Positions 45,576-55,265 of a stretch of 64,000 bases of DNA are shown in pieces. Source of the DNA: a virus (taxonomy: Duplodnaviria > Caudoviricetes); IMG/VR virus record IMGVR_UViG_3300027374_000002, positions 20,097 through 84,096 of that record; one strand, 5' to 3'. Both the position numbers and the translations under genes were made by a program. The notes below the pieces were generated by a model that saw only the letters and a program-made list of their open reading frames with translations, did not search any database and was not told the DNA's origin. How positions within the stretch are numbered: position 1 is the first letter of the stretch; each line of letters opens with the position of its first letter.

Positions 45576-46134
45576 AAAATCCTTTCCAAATAGGTGCAAA
45601 TACATAATAACCAGAAGTGGAAGGACTTTCAACAAGGTGTTTTAACGGAATGTTCGAGCTAAATTCACGTATTTTTGGTGTTCTTTTGCGATTTTTTGTG
45701 CTATCCCCACCCAACACACAACATAATTTTTCCTCCTTCTTAAAACTACATTTCCCATAAGTGCATAGGTCGGAGGTGAAACATTGTTTAAAATAAAAGC
45801 ACTACAAAAGAAAAAAGATGGCGCAAATCATAATTTTAAAAATACCCGCCAAGGCAAAAAAATTGTGTGATTACAAAAATTAAAATAGCCAAACTGTTTT
45901 TACACAGTCTGGCTTCTTTTATATTAAGTTACAAAAAGAGTTTGGTGGTTAAGCGCAAAGCAATTATTTTGCCGACGTTTTTGCTTTTGCTACGGCCTAT
46001 GCTATACTACAAAACCTCTACCAAAATACGTTGCACTATTCTTTACGGTGAAACTACACGGTAAGCTACTAAAAAAGAAAGAAAAAAGCGGGGGCAACAG
46101 AGAAGGGAAAATATGTTTTTAGTTTAGCTGTGGG

Positions 46135-46617
46135 TTAAAAGTATTCTACACTGTCTAAAAATGCTTTTACGTTAGGTAAACTAAGCGCGTCAAAAACAGA
46201 TTTTTGAAGTTTTTGTCCTTTGTTTGGCATTAAATAAATGCTGACGGTTACTTGGTTTTGTTTAAGGTCGTTAGGCGTAAAATCATAGCGTTCTTCATAA
46301 TAGTCTGAATATCCTACCGTTCCTTTAATGTGAGCGGCAATGGCTGTTCCTTTGCCTCTTGTGACGGGGTAAAATTCACCGCAAAGTTTCAGTTCACAGT
46401 CTTCAATAAATTCTTCCATAGCTTCTTTAGCATTTAGTTCTGCTTCTTCAAATTCTACGTCTATAAAAATTCTACAACCTTTAAGAATTCCTTGTTCAGA
46501 CTCAAATTCAAGCAAATGGTAATGACCGCCCGGCATTTTAAGATTGAGTTTAAAATCTTCGGGTAAAGCGAATGTCATGTTTGATCCAATAAGTTTTCCA
46601 TTTTTTATCTTGAGCAT
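46135..46617 (-). CDS. Hypothetical cargo protein
   Basis: 160 aa, AT-rich, abuts the upstream gene. Confidence 0.65.
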   Translation of the reverse strand: MLKIKNGKLIGSNMTFALPEDFKLNLKMPGGHYHLLEFESEQGILKGCRIFIDVEFEEAELNAKEAMEEFIEDCELKLCGEFYPVTRGKGTAIAAHIKGTVGYSDYYEERYDFTPNDLKQNQVTVSIYLMPNKGQKLQKSVFDALSLPNVKAFLDSVEYF

Positions 46618-46619
46618 AT

Positions 46620-47420
46620 TTATTCTCCGCGTTTACAGTTTTCTTCCCATTGTAACATTTTCAGTTCAAAAAGTTTTGCATTTTCTTCGTTATAAAATCT
46701 AAAGCAAGAGAATAGTGCAAGTTTATAATCAAGGCTATTCGTATCACTGTTTGCCAAGACGAAATGACCTTTATGTTTCCTTACTAATCGCTTAATAAAA
46801 GGTGACAGTAAAGGCATTTCTTTAATATATCTATCAATGCAACTGCCCTGTTTCAAATGCTTCATTTTAACTGCTTTGACAAACTTCATAATTTGTTTAT
46901 AGTAATTATGTAAAGCAGTTCTGTCTAAAATATCTGGTACCGAGGCAAATAGGTCGGGTTCGACGTCGGTTTTGATTATTTCCCCAAACATAGGGTATAA
47001 GCCTTTGAGGTATTCGTATAACCCGTTTTTGTAATGCTCTATGTCGTTTTCTTCTTCATCAAAGTTTTTAGATATTGGTGCGCCTTCAAATATATATTCT
47101 ATTCTATCTTTGAAGTAATCAAAACAGCAGATATCAAAGTCAATTTCGGCTACGCAACTATTATTTATGTAATCTCCGTCTATATGTTCCCTGTCTAAAA
47201 AACGAGCTAAACTTCGTATCCCTAATTGGTCAATATACTTTTCAAATGGTATGGGTTCGCGGGGCTTAAGTTTTTTAAAGATTATATTTTCGTTTGTATA
47301 AAGGTTAAATAAAATTACAGCATCAAGGCAAGCCAAAGCTCGCAATATTTCTTCTTCTGAGTGTTGTTCAATATTAGGTATGTCTTTTGTGAATTCTTTG
47401 ATAAATTGCTTGTCTTTCAT
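46620..47420 (-). CDS. Hypothetical cargo protein
   Basis: 266 aa, RBS AGAGG, AT-rich. Confidence 0.7.
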   Translation of the reverse strand: MKDKQFIKEFTKDIPNIEQHSEEEILRALACLDAVILFNLYTNENIIFKKLKPREPIPFEKYIDQLGIRSLARFLDREHIDGDYINNSCVAEIDFDICCFDYFKDRIEYIFEGAPISKNFDEEENDIEHYKNGLYEYLKGLYPMFGEIIKTDVEPDLFASVPDILDRTALHNYYKQIMKFVKAVKMKHLKQGSCIDRYIKEMPLLSPFIKRLVRKHKGHFVLANSDTNSLDYKLALFSCFRFYNEENAKLFELKMLQWEENCKRGE

Positions 47421-47489
47421 AAATTTACCTCTTTGTGGTTCATTAATACAAGTATAGCAGTTGTTAGGGAATAGCGCAATTATTTTGTT

Positions 47490-47526
47490 TGTCGAAGAAT
47501 GTCGAAACGAAGGAGCGTGTGTCGAA
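47490..47526 (+). promoter_or_regulatory. Three Spo0A-box matches (TGTCGAA)
   Basis: Exact TGTCGAA at 47490, 47500 and 47520; 0A-box consensus is TGNCGAA. Confidence 0.6.
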
Positions 47527-47640
47527 AATCCCTATTGAGAGCATAAAATATCCCTATCAACATTTATATTCATATATGCGAATTTAGTACAATATAACTG
47601 ATATAAGTATCACTATAAAATGCTATATTGGTGAGCGAAA

Positions 47641-47970
47641 ATGAATGAAATCGTCGAGCGCATTTATGAATTGATTGCAAAAAGCGGAATTAGCAAATCT
47701 GAGCTGTCAAAAAGAATTGGTATATCAAAAAATATGATACAGTATTGGAAGAAGGAAAATGCGTTGCCCGCACTTTCTGTCATTGAACGTATTTGTGAAA
47801 CTTTTAATATTTCGGTAGAGCAATTTTTCTGCGGTATGGGTGCCGAGTATAAAAATCCTATGCAGGATAAATTTTTAGATGAATGGCGTTTACTTAATGA
47901 TAAGGAAAAATTAGCTGTCAAAAATTGTATAGCTGCGTTCAAAGCTAATAAGGCGGTGCATAATGATTAA
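47641..47970 (+). CDS. XRE-family repressor
   Basis: ISKSELSKRIGISKNMIQYWKK. Confidence 0.9.
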   Translation: MNEIVERIYELIAKSGISKSELSKRIGISKNMIQYWKKENALPALSVIERICETFNISVEQFFCGMGAEYKNPMQDKFLDEWRLLNDKEKLAVKNCIAAFKANKAVHND

Positions 47971-48280
47971 TGTAACTGAACGAATTGGCGAGCTTATGGT
48001 TTTGAAAGGTTGGACAGCATATGAGTTATCAAACCAAACCGGAATTTCAACAAATGCAATTTATGATTGGTTTAAAATCGGTGCCGTGCCTACGCTTCAA
48101 AACATAATAAAAATATGTGAAGCTATGGAAATTTCTCTTGAACAGTTTTTCTGTGGCGGTGATTATAAATATACGGATGAAGAAAATGAAATTTTGAAAG
48201 AGTGGGTTGGCTTATCTGAATTAGAAAGAAGCACACTTATGAATTTGATAGAAACATTTAGGATATTAAAGAATAGTTAA
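47963..48280 (+). CDS. XRE-family repressor (paralogue)
   Basis: WTAYELSNQTGISTNAIYDWFK; shares ISxEQFFCG with the upstream gene. Confidence 0.9.
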   Translation: MINVTERIGELMVLKGWTAYELSNQTGISTNAIYDWFKIGAVPTLQNIIKICEAMEISLEQFFCGGDYKYTDEENEILKEWVGLSELERSTLMNLIETFRILKNS

Positions 48281-48285
48281 AAAAT

Positions 48286-48311
48286 CCCTCGGAACGGTTA
48301 CGCTCCGAGGG
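48286..48311 (+). terminator. Hairpin after the XRE pair
   Basis: CCCTCGGA...TCCGAGGG. Confidence 0.55.
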
Positions 48312-48498
48312 CATTGTTTTATTATAGCATATAATGTTGACACTGATTGTCATAATTATGAAAATATTTTAGAAAATTTTTTTTCTTAAAAAATGCCCCT
48401 CTCACCTCTTGACAGCTACTTTTTAAAGTCTTATAATAACCGTACATTGTAAACATTTGTTTAGTTTATGGCGGAGTAAGATTTAATTTTAGAGGGGG

Positions 48499-48705
48499 GT
48501 GTTTATAGTGGAAGATTGGTCAGTCAGCAAAAGAATTTGTATAAACTGTGGTAAACAAATAGTTGGTTATAGAGATGCCAAAGGTTTGGTAAAAATTAGT
48601 TGCCCGCGGTGTGGTTTAAGTATGGTAAGCAAATTAATTAGTAGGCGACACGAAAGAATTGATATTTACGCGCCAGACGGTGCAATTATCGATGAAATAA
48701 ATTGA
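48499..48705 (+). CDS. Small zinc-ribbon protein
   Basis: CINC...CPRC. Confidence 0.65.
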   Translation: MFIVEDWSVSKRICINCGKQIVGYRDAKGLVKISCPRCGLSMVSKLISRRHERIDIYAPDGAIIDEIN

Positions 48706-49137
48706 ATAGCGTATAACGACGGTTATGGTCGTAATTGAAACAGTATTACACCTCTAAATCCATAATCAGGTCATATACAAGAACGTTTGAGGTAATGCCG
48801 AGCAAATCGTGATAGCCCCGACGAAGTAGATTCCATTTTGGAGTTTATTTTGTCGGGGCTTTTTCATTTCTAAAATCTTCACTAAATTGTCGCCAGTGAA
48901 CGGTCATTTTTGAGCTTACTTCCAGTAAGGGCTAAATTTAAAAATGATTTGTAGTAAGAAAAAGAAAAAATACGAATATAATATACCGATTTGGTTCCGT
49001 ACCTATTATATGTTCGCAATTTTGCGGATATGAAAAAAATTTTTAAAAAATTTAAAATTATTTTTTTATTGTGGCAAGTAGGTTGCCACAATGAAGTTTA
49101 AACTTCAATCAGAAATCGACAAAAAGGAGGTGAGTAC

Positions 49138-49479
49138 ATGCAAAGCACAGCGGAACGCAGAATGTCGTTGCTTGAGATTTTGTGTCGGCGTAAGAAAGAC
49201 AGCTTAATAAGTCTTGCAAGCGACCTTGGCGTATCCGTGCGTACAGTTCGTAATGATATACAAGTGCTTGCGTGTACCTATCCTATTTATACAGTGACGG
49301 GCCAACAAGGTGGCGTATTTATTGAGAGATGGTTCAAGTTTGGAATGGTGTATATGACCACCGAGCAAATTGAATTATTAAAACGTCTTAACGAAGGGCT
49401 TTCAGAGCGAGATCAAAAAACAATGCAAAGCATTTTAGATACATATACAAGACCAGCAAGCAATAAAGGAGATAACTAA
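49138..49479 (+). CDS. HTH (DeoR/HTH_11-like) DNA-binding protein
   Basis: LASDLGVSVRTVRNDIQVL; RBS AGGAGGTG. Confidence 0.85.
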   Translation: MQSTAERRMSLLEILCRRKKDSLISLASDLGVSVRTVRNDIQVLACTYPIYTVTGQQGGVFIERWFKFGMVYMTTEQIELLKRLNEGLSERDQKTMQSILDTYTRPASNKGDN

Positions 49480-49781
49480 TGTATTCGTTAGAACAAATAA
49501 GAGAAGATTTAAGGGATATTCGTTACTACTATGCGCATAAAGACGTGTTTGATAAAAACGAAGTAAGCGTTGGTGTAAACGTAGTTAAAAGAAAAGTTGA
49601 GAAATACAATGCGGTTATAGTATTTGCACCTCCCAGATTTTACGATTTGTATGTTGGGCTGTATGTAGATGGGTATGCTCCTTCTGCTTATGCTATGAAG
49701 TGCGGTTATGCAACGAATTATATTTATAAGGTTAATAACGAATTACAAAGTTTCTTTCAGAAAAATTTAAAGGAGGATTAA
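49479..49781 (+). CDS. Putative transcriptional activator (ArpU/sigma region 4-like)
   Basis: C-terminal HTH-like segment AYAMKCGYATNYIYKVNNEL. Confidence 0.5.
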   Translation: MYSLEQIREDLRDIRYYYAHKDVFDKNEVSVGVNVVKRKVEKYNAVIVFAPPRFYDLYVGLYVDGYAPSAYAMKCGYATNYIYKVNNELQSFFQKNLKED

Positions 49782-49785
49782 TCAA

Positions 49786-49980
49786 GTGATAGATTTACCC
49801 GAATTTGTTATGGACGCGGATAACGTTTATAGGACAAGCAAGTATATTGTGAAGCAGAGTTTACAAGTTCAGCTTAACTATGCAGAGGCTAATGCAATAG
49901 TTAGTTGTGATGCTTTCTATAAACGTACAAAGCGCAGAGATAAAGAATACGAGCAGATTTTTTACGACAGAAAGCGATAG
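49786..49980 (+). CDS. Hypothetical protein, possibly frameshift-truncated
   Basis: GTG after AGGAGG; -1 frame continues 17 codons to 50030. Confidence 0.55.
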   Translation: MIDLPEFVMDADNVYRTSKYIVKQSLQVQLNYAEANAIVSCDAFYKRTKRRDKEYEQIFYDRKR

Positions 49981-50241
49981 ACGGAAAGCGTTTGCCTTCC
50001 ACTATGTTCACGCGTAAATACGTAGATTAATTTCGGTAATTAGCTAACGGCAACGATTTACGATTAGTGCGGTACTTGCAAGACAAAGGTGGCCACCTTC
50101 CGCTTATCGCACGAAATGTGTAATTTCAATAAAGTCCGTGGCTTTACATAATAACTAAAACTTAATATCGGGCAAGCAGACTTGTTAAATGCAGACGTGC
50201 AGCCCACAATCAAAAACTACATTTTATAAGGAGAAACAATT

Positions 50242-50535
50242 TTGGCAGGTAAAAATTCAAGCGGAGCAGATGCGTCCGCAGGAAACAATTACAACGAGCG
50301 CAAATGGCTTGTACCTTCTAAGCGCGCAAAGGGTTACGCCGAAGAGCGCAAATTAAAGGTGCATAAATTCGGCAAGAAGCAGGGCGAGGAGCTTACCGAG
50401 TATGATAAGGGTATTCGTTCGGGTTATCTCCTCTGTCAATCAGACCACGCCGGTATGTTCAAGTTCAAGAAAGCGTTGGGCGAAGGTAAGGACATACAGG
50501 AAGCAAGAAAAATTTCCAGAAAGAAAGGCAATTAA
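50242..50535 (+). CDS. Small Lys/Arg-rich protein
   Basis: TTG after AAGGAG; basic, no TM. Confidence 0.7.
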   Translation: MAGKNSSGADASAGNNYNERKWLVPSKRAKGYAEERKLKVHKFGKKQGEELTEYDKGIRSGYLLCQSDHAGMFKFKKALGEGKDIQEARKISRKKGN

Positions 50536-50562
50536 AATTAAAAAATAAGGAGAAATAAAATT

Positions 50563-50916
50563 ATGCAGAATCAGGGAATTAAAGTAGAAAAATCAAGTTT
50601 TGAGTTTAAAGGTAATACGTGTTACGAATACTTCATCGGCGCAAATATCCGCGGCAGAGACGTAAAGATTAAGCTGGGACCTTCCGATCCCTTGGACAAG
50701 GGCGGTTACGCAGTTTTGGACATTGTATTCGGTAACGAAGATACGGCGGAATTCGTAGTAGAACCGTTCGAGTTTCAGGACGCTACGGGCAAGATTATAA
50801 CGGGTAAACGCTATATTGTGCGTACTACGGATAAGGAAACGGGTGAAATTTTCGAGTGCGCCGTCAAGCCCGTGCGCAATTCGGATAAGAGCCTGTTGGC
50901 TATGCTTATTAAATAA
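50563..50916 (+). CDS. Putative ssDNA-binding protein
   Basis: 117 aa, beta-rich with aromatic residues, in a rolling-circle element; the function is inferred. Confidence 0.45.
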   Translation: MQNQGIKVEKSSFEFKGNTCYEYFIGANIRGRDVKIKLGPSDPLDKGGYAVLDIVFGNEDTAEFVVEPFEFQDATGKIITGKRYIVRTTDKETGEIFECAVKPVRNSDKSLLAMLIK

Positions 50917-50989
50917 GCTGAAAGTACATTGACGTAGCGGCTTGCGGTTAATGTCCGTAAGCCGCTCAAATTTTAAAAGGAGATTATTT

Positions 50990-52024
50990 ATGATAAAAAA
51001 TAAAACCAAAACCATTATTACGGTCGTTGCAATTATTCTGTGCCTTGCGCTTGCGGGCGGATGGATAGCGCAGACAGTAATAAATAAACAAAAAGCAAAC
51101 GAGCCTACTGTCAATACTGCGGTTGACGAAACCGCCGAAGGTATGCAGTTGGATATTGCAAAAGAGAACAACGGCGTAAAGCTGATGTCCGCAAGGATAG
51201 CTTCGGAAGATTATGGCGAATACGGAGTTTCCGCACAGGCCGAATCCGCTTATACGCTTACAGCTTCTAACGACAGCGGGGACAGCTCGCTGGACAGATA
51301 CGTCTGGTCGTTTACGTTTAACGACGGTACTTCTTCGTGGGCAAACGGAAAGAAGGCGAGCGATTACATAACGGTGACGCCCTCAAGCAATTCAAAGACC
51401 GCTACGGTTAGTTGTAAACAGGAATTCGGAGAAACGATAATAATTACGGTAGCATCCGAAGTAAACCGCTCGGCAACAGCAACGTGTACAGTTGAATACG
51501 TGAAAAAGATTACGGATATTTCGTTTACGGTCAACGACGATAGAATTTTCGTTTTAGGCAGCCAAAATACTTTCCGCTTAAATCCCGTGTACGGAGTGGG
51601 AACAAAAACCGGTGATTTGTCTATCGAAAGTGTGAGCGTTACGGTATCTGAACAAATCGAAGATGACGTATATTTAGCGTCACATGAAATGACGGGTCAA
51701 TATTGGATGCAAACCGCAACTTTTTCGCCGGATAGCTCTATAACGCCGTTTGACTTAATGGATTATTCCAATCGCGGTGATTTTCCTCATATCAATGACG
51801 GCAAGCTTGCTTACAATGCCGTTTTAAAGGACGCAAATTCGTCGTTAGCTGTTTCTTCCGTTTTTTATTTAGATATATCGTTATCTTATAACTACGCGTA
51901 TAAAGGCGATACGGTTCAAAGCGGCGATACCGCAACGGCACAGCATCCTTATTCTGCGGGTACGCTTACCGAATACACCGTAGTAGCAAGCGTTTCGGTG
52001 GATAAAACCGATATTGCGTTTTAA
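50990..52024 (+). CDS. N-terminally membrane-anchored beta-rich (Ig-like) protein
   Basis: ATG at 50990 after AAGGAG; TM IITVVAIILCLALAGGWIA; Ser/Thr-rich beta strands. Confidence 0.75.
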   Translation: MIKNKTKTIITVVAIILCLALAGGWIAQTVINKQKANEPTVNTAVDETAEGMQLDIAKENNGVKLMSARIASEDYGEYGVSAQAESAYTLTASNDSGDSSLDRYVWSFTFNDGTSSWANGKKASDYITVTPSSNSKTATVSCKQEFGETIIITVASEVNRSATATCTVEYVKKITDISFTVNDDRIFVLGSQNTFRLNPVYGVGTKTGDLSIESVSVTVSEQIEDDVYLASHEMTGQYWMQTATFSPDSSITPFDLMDYSNRGDFPHINDGKLAYNAVLKDANSSLAVSSVFYLDISLSYNYAYKGDTVQSGDTATAQHPYSAGTLTEYTVVASVSVDKTDIAF

Positions 52025-52045
52025 CGTGAGATAAGGGGTGCTGCA

Positions 52046-52660
52046 ATGAAAACGGTTGCTGCAATGAAAACGGTTGCTAAAATAATCGCCTATGTAGCGA
52101 TAGCCCTTGTCGTTGTGTTAGGTGTAGGACTTATTTACAAGTTCACAAACGGCTTTAACGAGGATTTCAAGACCTTTTATATCGAGTATGACGGTAAAGA
52201 AATTTTAACCGAATATAACGAAATGACGTTGGAAAGCGGGAAAAAGCATCAGTTTACCGTTAAATACACTTTCGATAAAGAAGATGCCGAGCCGAAGGGG
52301 TATTCCGTTAAGGTAATACCTAATATGAAAAGCGATTTCGATTATGAGGCGGACGGAGAAAGATACCTGTTTTCCAAAATAAGCGATTTCACTTCGTGCT
52401 TTACCATAACGAAAAGCGATACGTCTTTTGAGTTGGAAATGCCGAAAGAATTCAATCTTCAGAAAGCATTATCCATAATTCACGACGGGAAGCAGGTTAC
52501 TGTTCCGGACGACGCTGAAGTAAAAAATCCTATGCCGTTTTGTCTGGTTATCTCGTCTTACAACGGTAAAGTAACGTACAAAATCAATTTCGGTGTTTTA
52601 AGTACGACCGTTAAAGACGTTACGCTCGACAAATCCGAAATAGTGTTCGGCGGTACGTAA
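52046..52660 (+). CDS. N-terminally membrane-anchored protein
   Basis: TM IIAYVAIALVVVLGVGLIY; C-terminal motif shared with the upstream gene. Confidence 0.75.
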   Translation: MKTVAAMKTVAKIIAYVAIALVVVLGVGLIYKFTNGFNEDFKTFYIEYDGKEILTEYNEMTLESGKKHQFTVKYTFDKEDAEPKGYSVKVIPNMKSDFDYEADGERYLFSKISDFTSCFTITKSDTSFELEMPKEFNLQKALSIIHDGKQVTVPDDAEVKNPMPFCLVISSYNGKVTYKINFGVLSTTVKDVTLDKSEIVFGGT

Positions 52661-52671
52661 GGCGGTGGCGT

Positions 52672-54900
52672 ATGAGAGCGATTACAAAACGGTTTTTATA
52701 CGCTTTGCTTTCACTTGTCTTATGTGTTGTAACGGTATTTTGCGGACAAGTAACATTGTCCGCCTATGCCACTACGGACGAAAGCGTGCAGGCAACTTAC
52801 GAAAACACCAACGTGTTGAACAACCTTAAAGGCGCAACGATAGGCGGCAAGGAATTTAATTTAGCGGACTATCCGCATAATTCTGACGGCAAACCGCAGG
52901 TAATATCCTTCGTCGAGTTCTGCTATTCCTACTACGCCGAAAAACAAGCGGACTACGGGCTTTATGTCTACGTTTACAATCCGCAGGATATAGCGTTCGA
53001 TATGTCAAGCGAGCGCAACCAAATACAGCTTACCTACGGTGATAAGCCGAGCTATTCAAAGTACGTTTTGCAGTTTTTAAACTACTCCACCGAGGCAGGT
53101 TACGAAGGGCGGTTCTGGAAGTTCAAGGTGAAGTTATCAGAAGCGCAGAGAGCGGCAATTTTGAAAGAGCTTTCCGACAACGAGCGTATTTACAAGATAA
53201 GCGGCATTGAGCTTTCCTATAAAAACGTAGTTACCGAATACGCCTGCGGACAGACTTACACTTATAAGGGTTACGCCTTGGGTTACGGTTCGGAGCTGGC
53301 GGCAAGCGATACGCTTTCCTGCAAGGTTGACGGGTTGGATAAGTATTTGTCGTTAGACGTGCATAGCACATTTTTTAGGGGCAAAGGCACGAACGGCAAA
53401 AAGTATATTCAGGATACCTTGCACAGCGTGTACTTTTCCGTTCCAAACGAAATTATAGACGAGTACGGAAAGATGACGGCAGTTCACGCAACGTGGCTGA
53501 ACGCCTACACCGCGCCTGCGTTGGTTACGGGCAACAGCGGTTACTATGAAACAATGCTGAACCATATAGGCGAGAATACGGGGCTTCCGGCAACATACAG
53601 CGATTTAAAGTTTAAATACAGTTTTCGGACGGAGGAAGATTTAGTCGATACGTCTATTGGCGGAGTTCATTTTTCGGGCTACCACAGCGGCTACAATTAT
53701 CCGTCTAAGCTGTCGGGTAAAATCACAAATCACATACCCGTCTTGCATTGGCTGTTTAAGGCAACGAACGGAAACGCCGATACATTCGATGTGCCGAGCG
53801 AGGACATTTTGAGCTATATGCAAAGGTATTCTGCGCAACACGGCGGCGAGCTGGTAAACGGCAGATACAGTAAAGATTTATTTGCAAGCGTTGACAATGC
53901 GTTCACCGATATAAACATTCAGGCGGACGAAACGTACTCTCTGACTTCGGAAGTTATAAGCAAAAATTTCTGGGAAAAGCTGTTCGGCGGTTCGCACGTT
54001 GAAGAAATAGAAGTGTTTGACAATATCAAGGCTATCGAAGCGGTTGATTACAACGATATAGCCAACCTCGAAAGCGTGCAAGTCTGTAAGAAGTACTACG
54101 TTGATGACGCCGATTATAAAGAGTTCAAAGAGTTTTGCCAAACTTCAAAACATAAAGACGAAACGGTTTATTTGTTCCGCTATAAACAGTCCGAGTATTT
54201 TTCGGCGGAAGTTTACGAAGGCACTTGGAAAGAAACATGGTCTTTCAATGCAGGCGGCGCAATCATAGCTCCCGGCTACGTCTATTCTTACCAAAACGAC
54301 GATACGAACGCCTTTTTAATGCAACAGTGGGTGCAGCTCGACTTCGATATTATCGACCTTACCTTTACGAAGGACGGCGTTGAAACGGTTATACCCGTGA
54401 TTATGTCGCCTATGGATATCGTAGCCGACGGCGACCACCCTGTTGTTACCACGCCTGAGCCAAAAGATTGGTGGAAAATCATATTAGGGTTAATTGCGTT
54501 TATCGTAATTCTAATACTGCTATTGAAGTTCTGTCCTGCGGTCATTTTCGTAATAGGCAAAATTTTGCTGTTCCCGTTCAAGTGTATAGGCGCGCTGTTC
54601 AAGGCGATAAGCAATTCGATAAAGCGACGGAAAGAGCGACGGCGTGAGAAGCAAGAAAAGGAAATCAAGCACGAAAAGAAACGTCGTAGGCGAGCGGAAG
54701 AAAGAAAGCGCAGGGAAAGCGGAGAACTGCCGGACAACGTTTGGACGGATGACGGAAACGCCAAACCGAAGCGCAAACAAAAGCTGACGAAACCGCCAGA
54801 ACTTAAAGGCAACGTAACGCCCGAAGAAGTCGATTCCTATTTAGATAGCATTGATTGGGATAGCGTTGATTGGGAAAAGTTAGACGGTAAAGGCGGCTAA
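52672..54900 (+). CDS. Large type I membrane protein (spike/adsorption protein candidate)
   Basis: Signal peptide ending AYA, about 570-aa ectodomain, long C-terminal hydrophobic segment, very basic then acidic tail. Confidence 0.75.
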   Translation: MRAITKRFLYALLSLVLCVVTVFCGQVTLSAYATTDESVQATYENTNVLNNLKGATIGGKEFNLADYPHNSDGKPQVISFVEFCYSYYAEKQADYGLYVYVYNPQDIAFDMSSERNQIQLTYGDKPSYSKYVLQFLNYSTEAGYEGRFWKFKVKLSEAQRAAILKELSDNERIYKISGIELSYKNVVTEYACGQTYTYKGYALGYGSELAASDTLSCKVDGLDKYLSLDVHSTFFRGKGTNGKKYIQDTLHSVYFSVPNEIIDEYGKMTAVHATWLNAYTAPALVTGNSGYYETMLNHIGENTGLPATYSDLKFKYSFRTEEDLVDTSIGGVHFSGYHSGYNYPSKLSGKITNHIPVLHWLFKATNGNADTFDVPSEDILSYMQRYSAQHGGELVNGRYSKDLFASVDNAFTDINIQADETYSLTSEVISKNFWEKLFGGSHVEEIEVFDNIKAIEAVDYNDIANLESVQVCKKYYVDDADYKEFKEFCQTSKHKDETVYLFRYKQSEYFSAEVYEGTWKETWSFNAGGAIIAPGYVYSYQNDDTNAFLMQQWVQLDFDIIDLTFTKDGVETVIPVIMSPMDIVADGDHPVVTTPEPKDWWKIILGLIAFIVILILLLKFCPAVIFVIGKILLFPFKCIGALFKAISNSIKRRKERRREKQEKEIKHEKKRRRRAEERKRRESGELPDNVWTDDGNAKPKRKQKLTKPPELKGNVTPEEVDSYLDSIDWDSVDWEKLDGKGG

Positions 54901-54909
54901 CACAAAACG

Positions 54910-54948
54910 GATGCCGAGAGATTTTCTTTCGGCATCTTATTTTTTTTA
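54910..54948 (+). terminator. Intrinsic terminator
   Basis: GATGCCGA...TCGGCATC followed by a T run. Confidence 0.75.
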
Positions 54949-54971
54949 ATACTTTTTTAAGGAGATTTATA

Positions 54972-55265
54972 ATGAAAATTTTTAAACGAATAATGGTAAT
55001 TGCGGTTTTGGTCGTAATTGCTCTTTTAATAAGTTACCTCGTATTCACAAAAAATAACGTCGCAAGCAAAAACCACGCTTTTTGCGAAGCGGACACAATT
55101 TGCGAAAACTTTCGCCTCAGCGGTGTGAATGCCCGCAATTATGAATTGTTTGCCCTTAAAGATTGCGGGCAGAGCGGCAGAGCTGCTGAAAATCACGAAA
55201 TTTCGCAGGCGCAGTATAGCCGAGAAATTTGTGAACTTGATTTAGGGGGTAACGTCAATGCGTAG
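54972..55265 (+). CDS. Small single-TM protein
   Basis: IMVIAVLVVIALLISYLVF; RBS AAGGAG. Confidence 0.65.
   Translation: MKIFKRIMVIAVLVVIALLISYLVFTKNNVASKNHAFCEADTICENFRLSGVNARNYELFALKDCGQSGRAAENHEISQAQYSREICELDLGGNVNA

Noticed and set aside
45867-46064. 65-aa plus-strand ORF as excisionase
   Set aside because: No RBS or HTH pattern; AT-rich intergenic DNA.
50593-51171. 192-aa minus-strand ORF and the many similar antisense ORFs in the track
   Set aside because: They overlap well-supported genes on the opposite strand and have no recognisable features.
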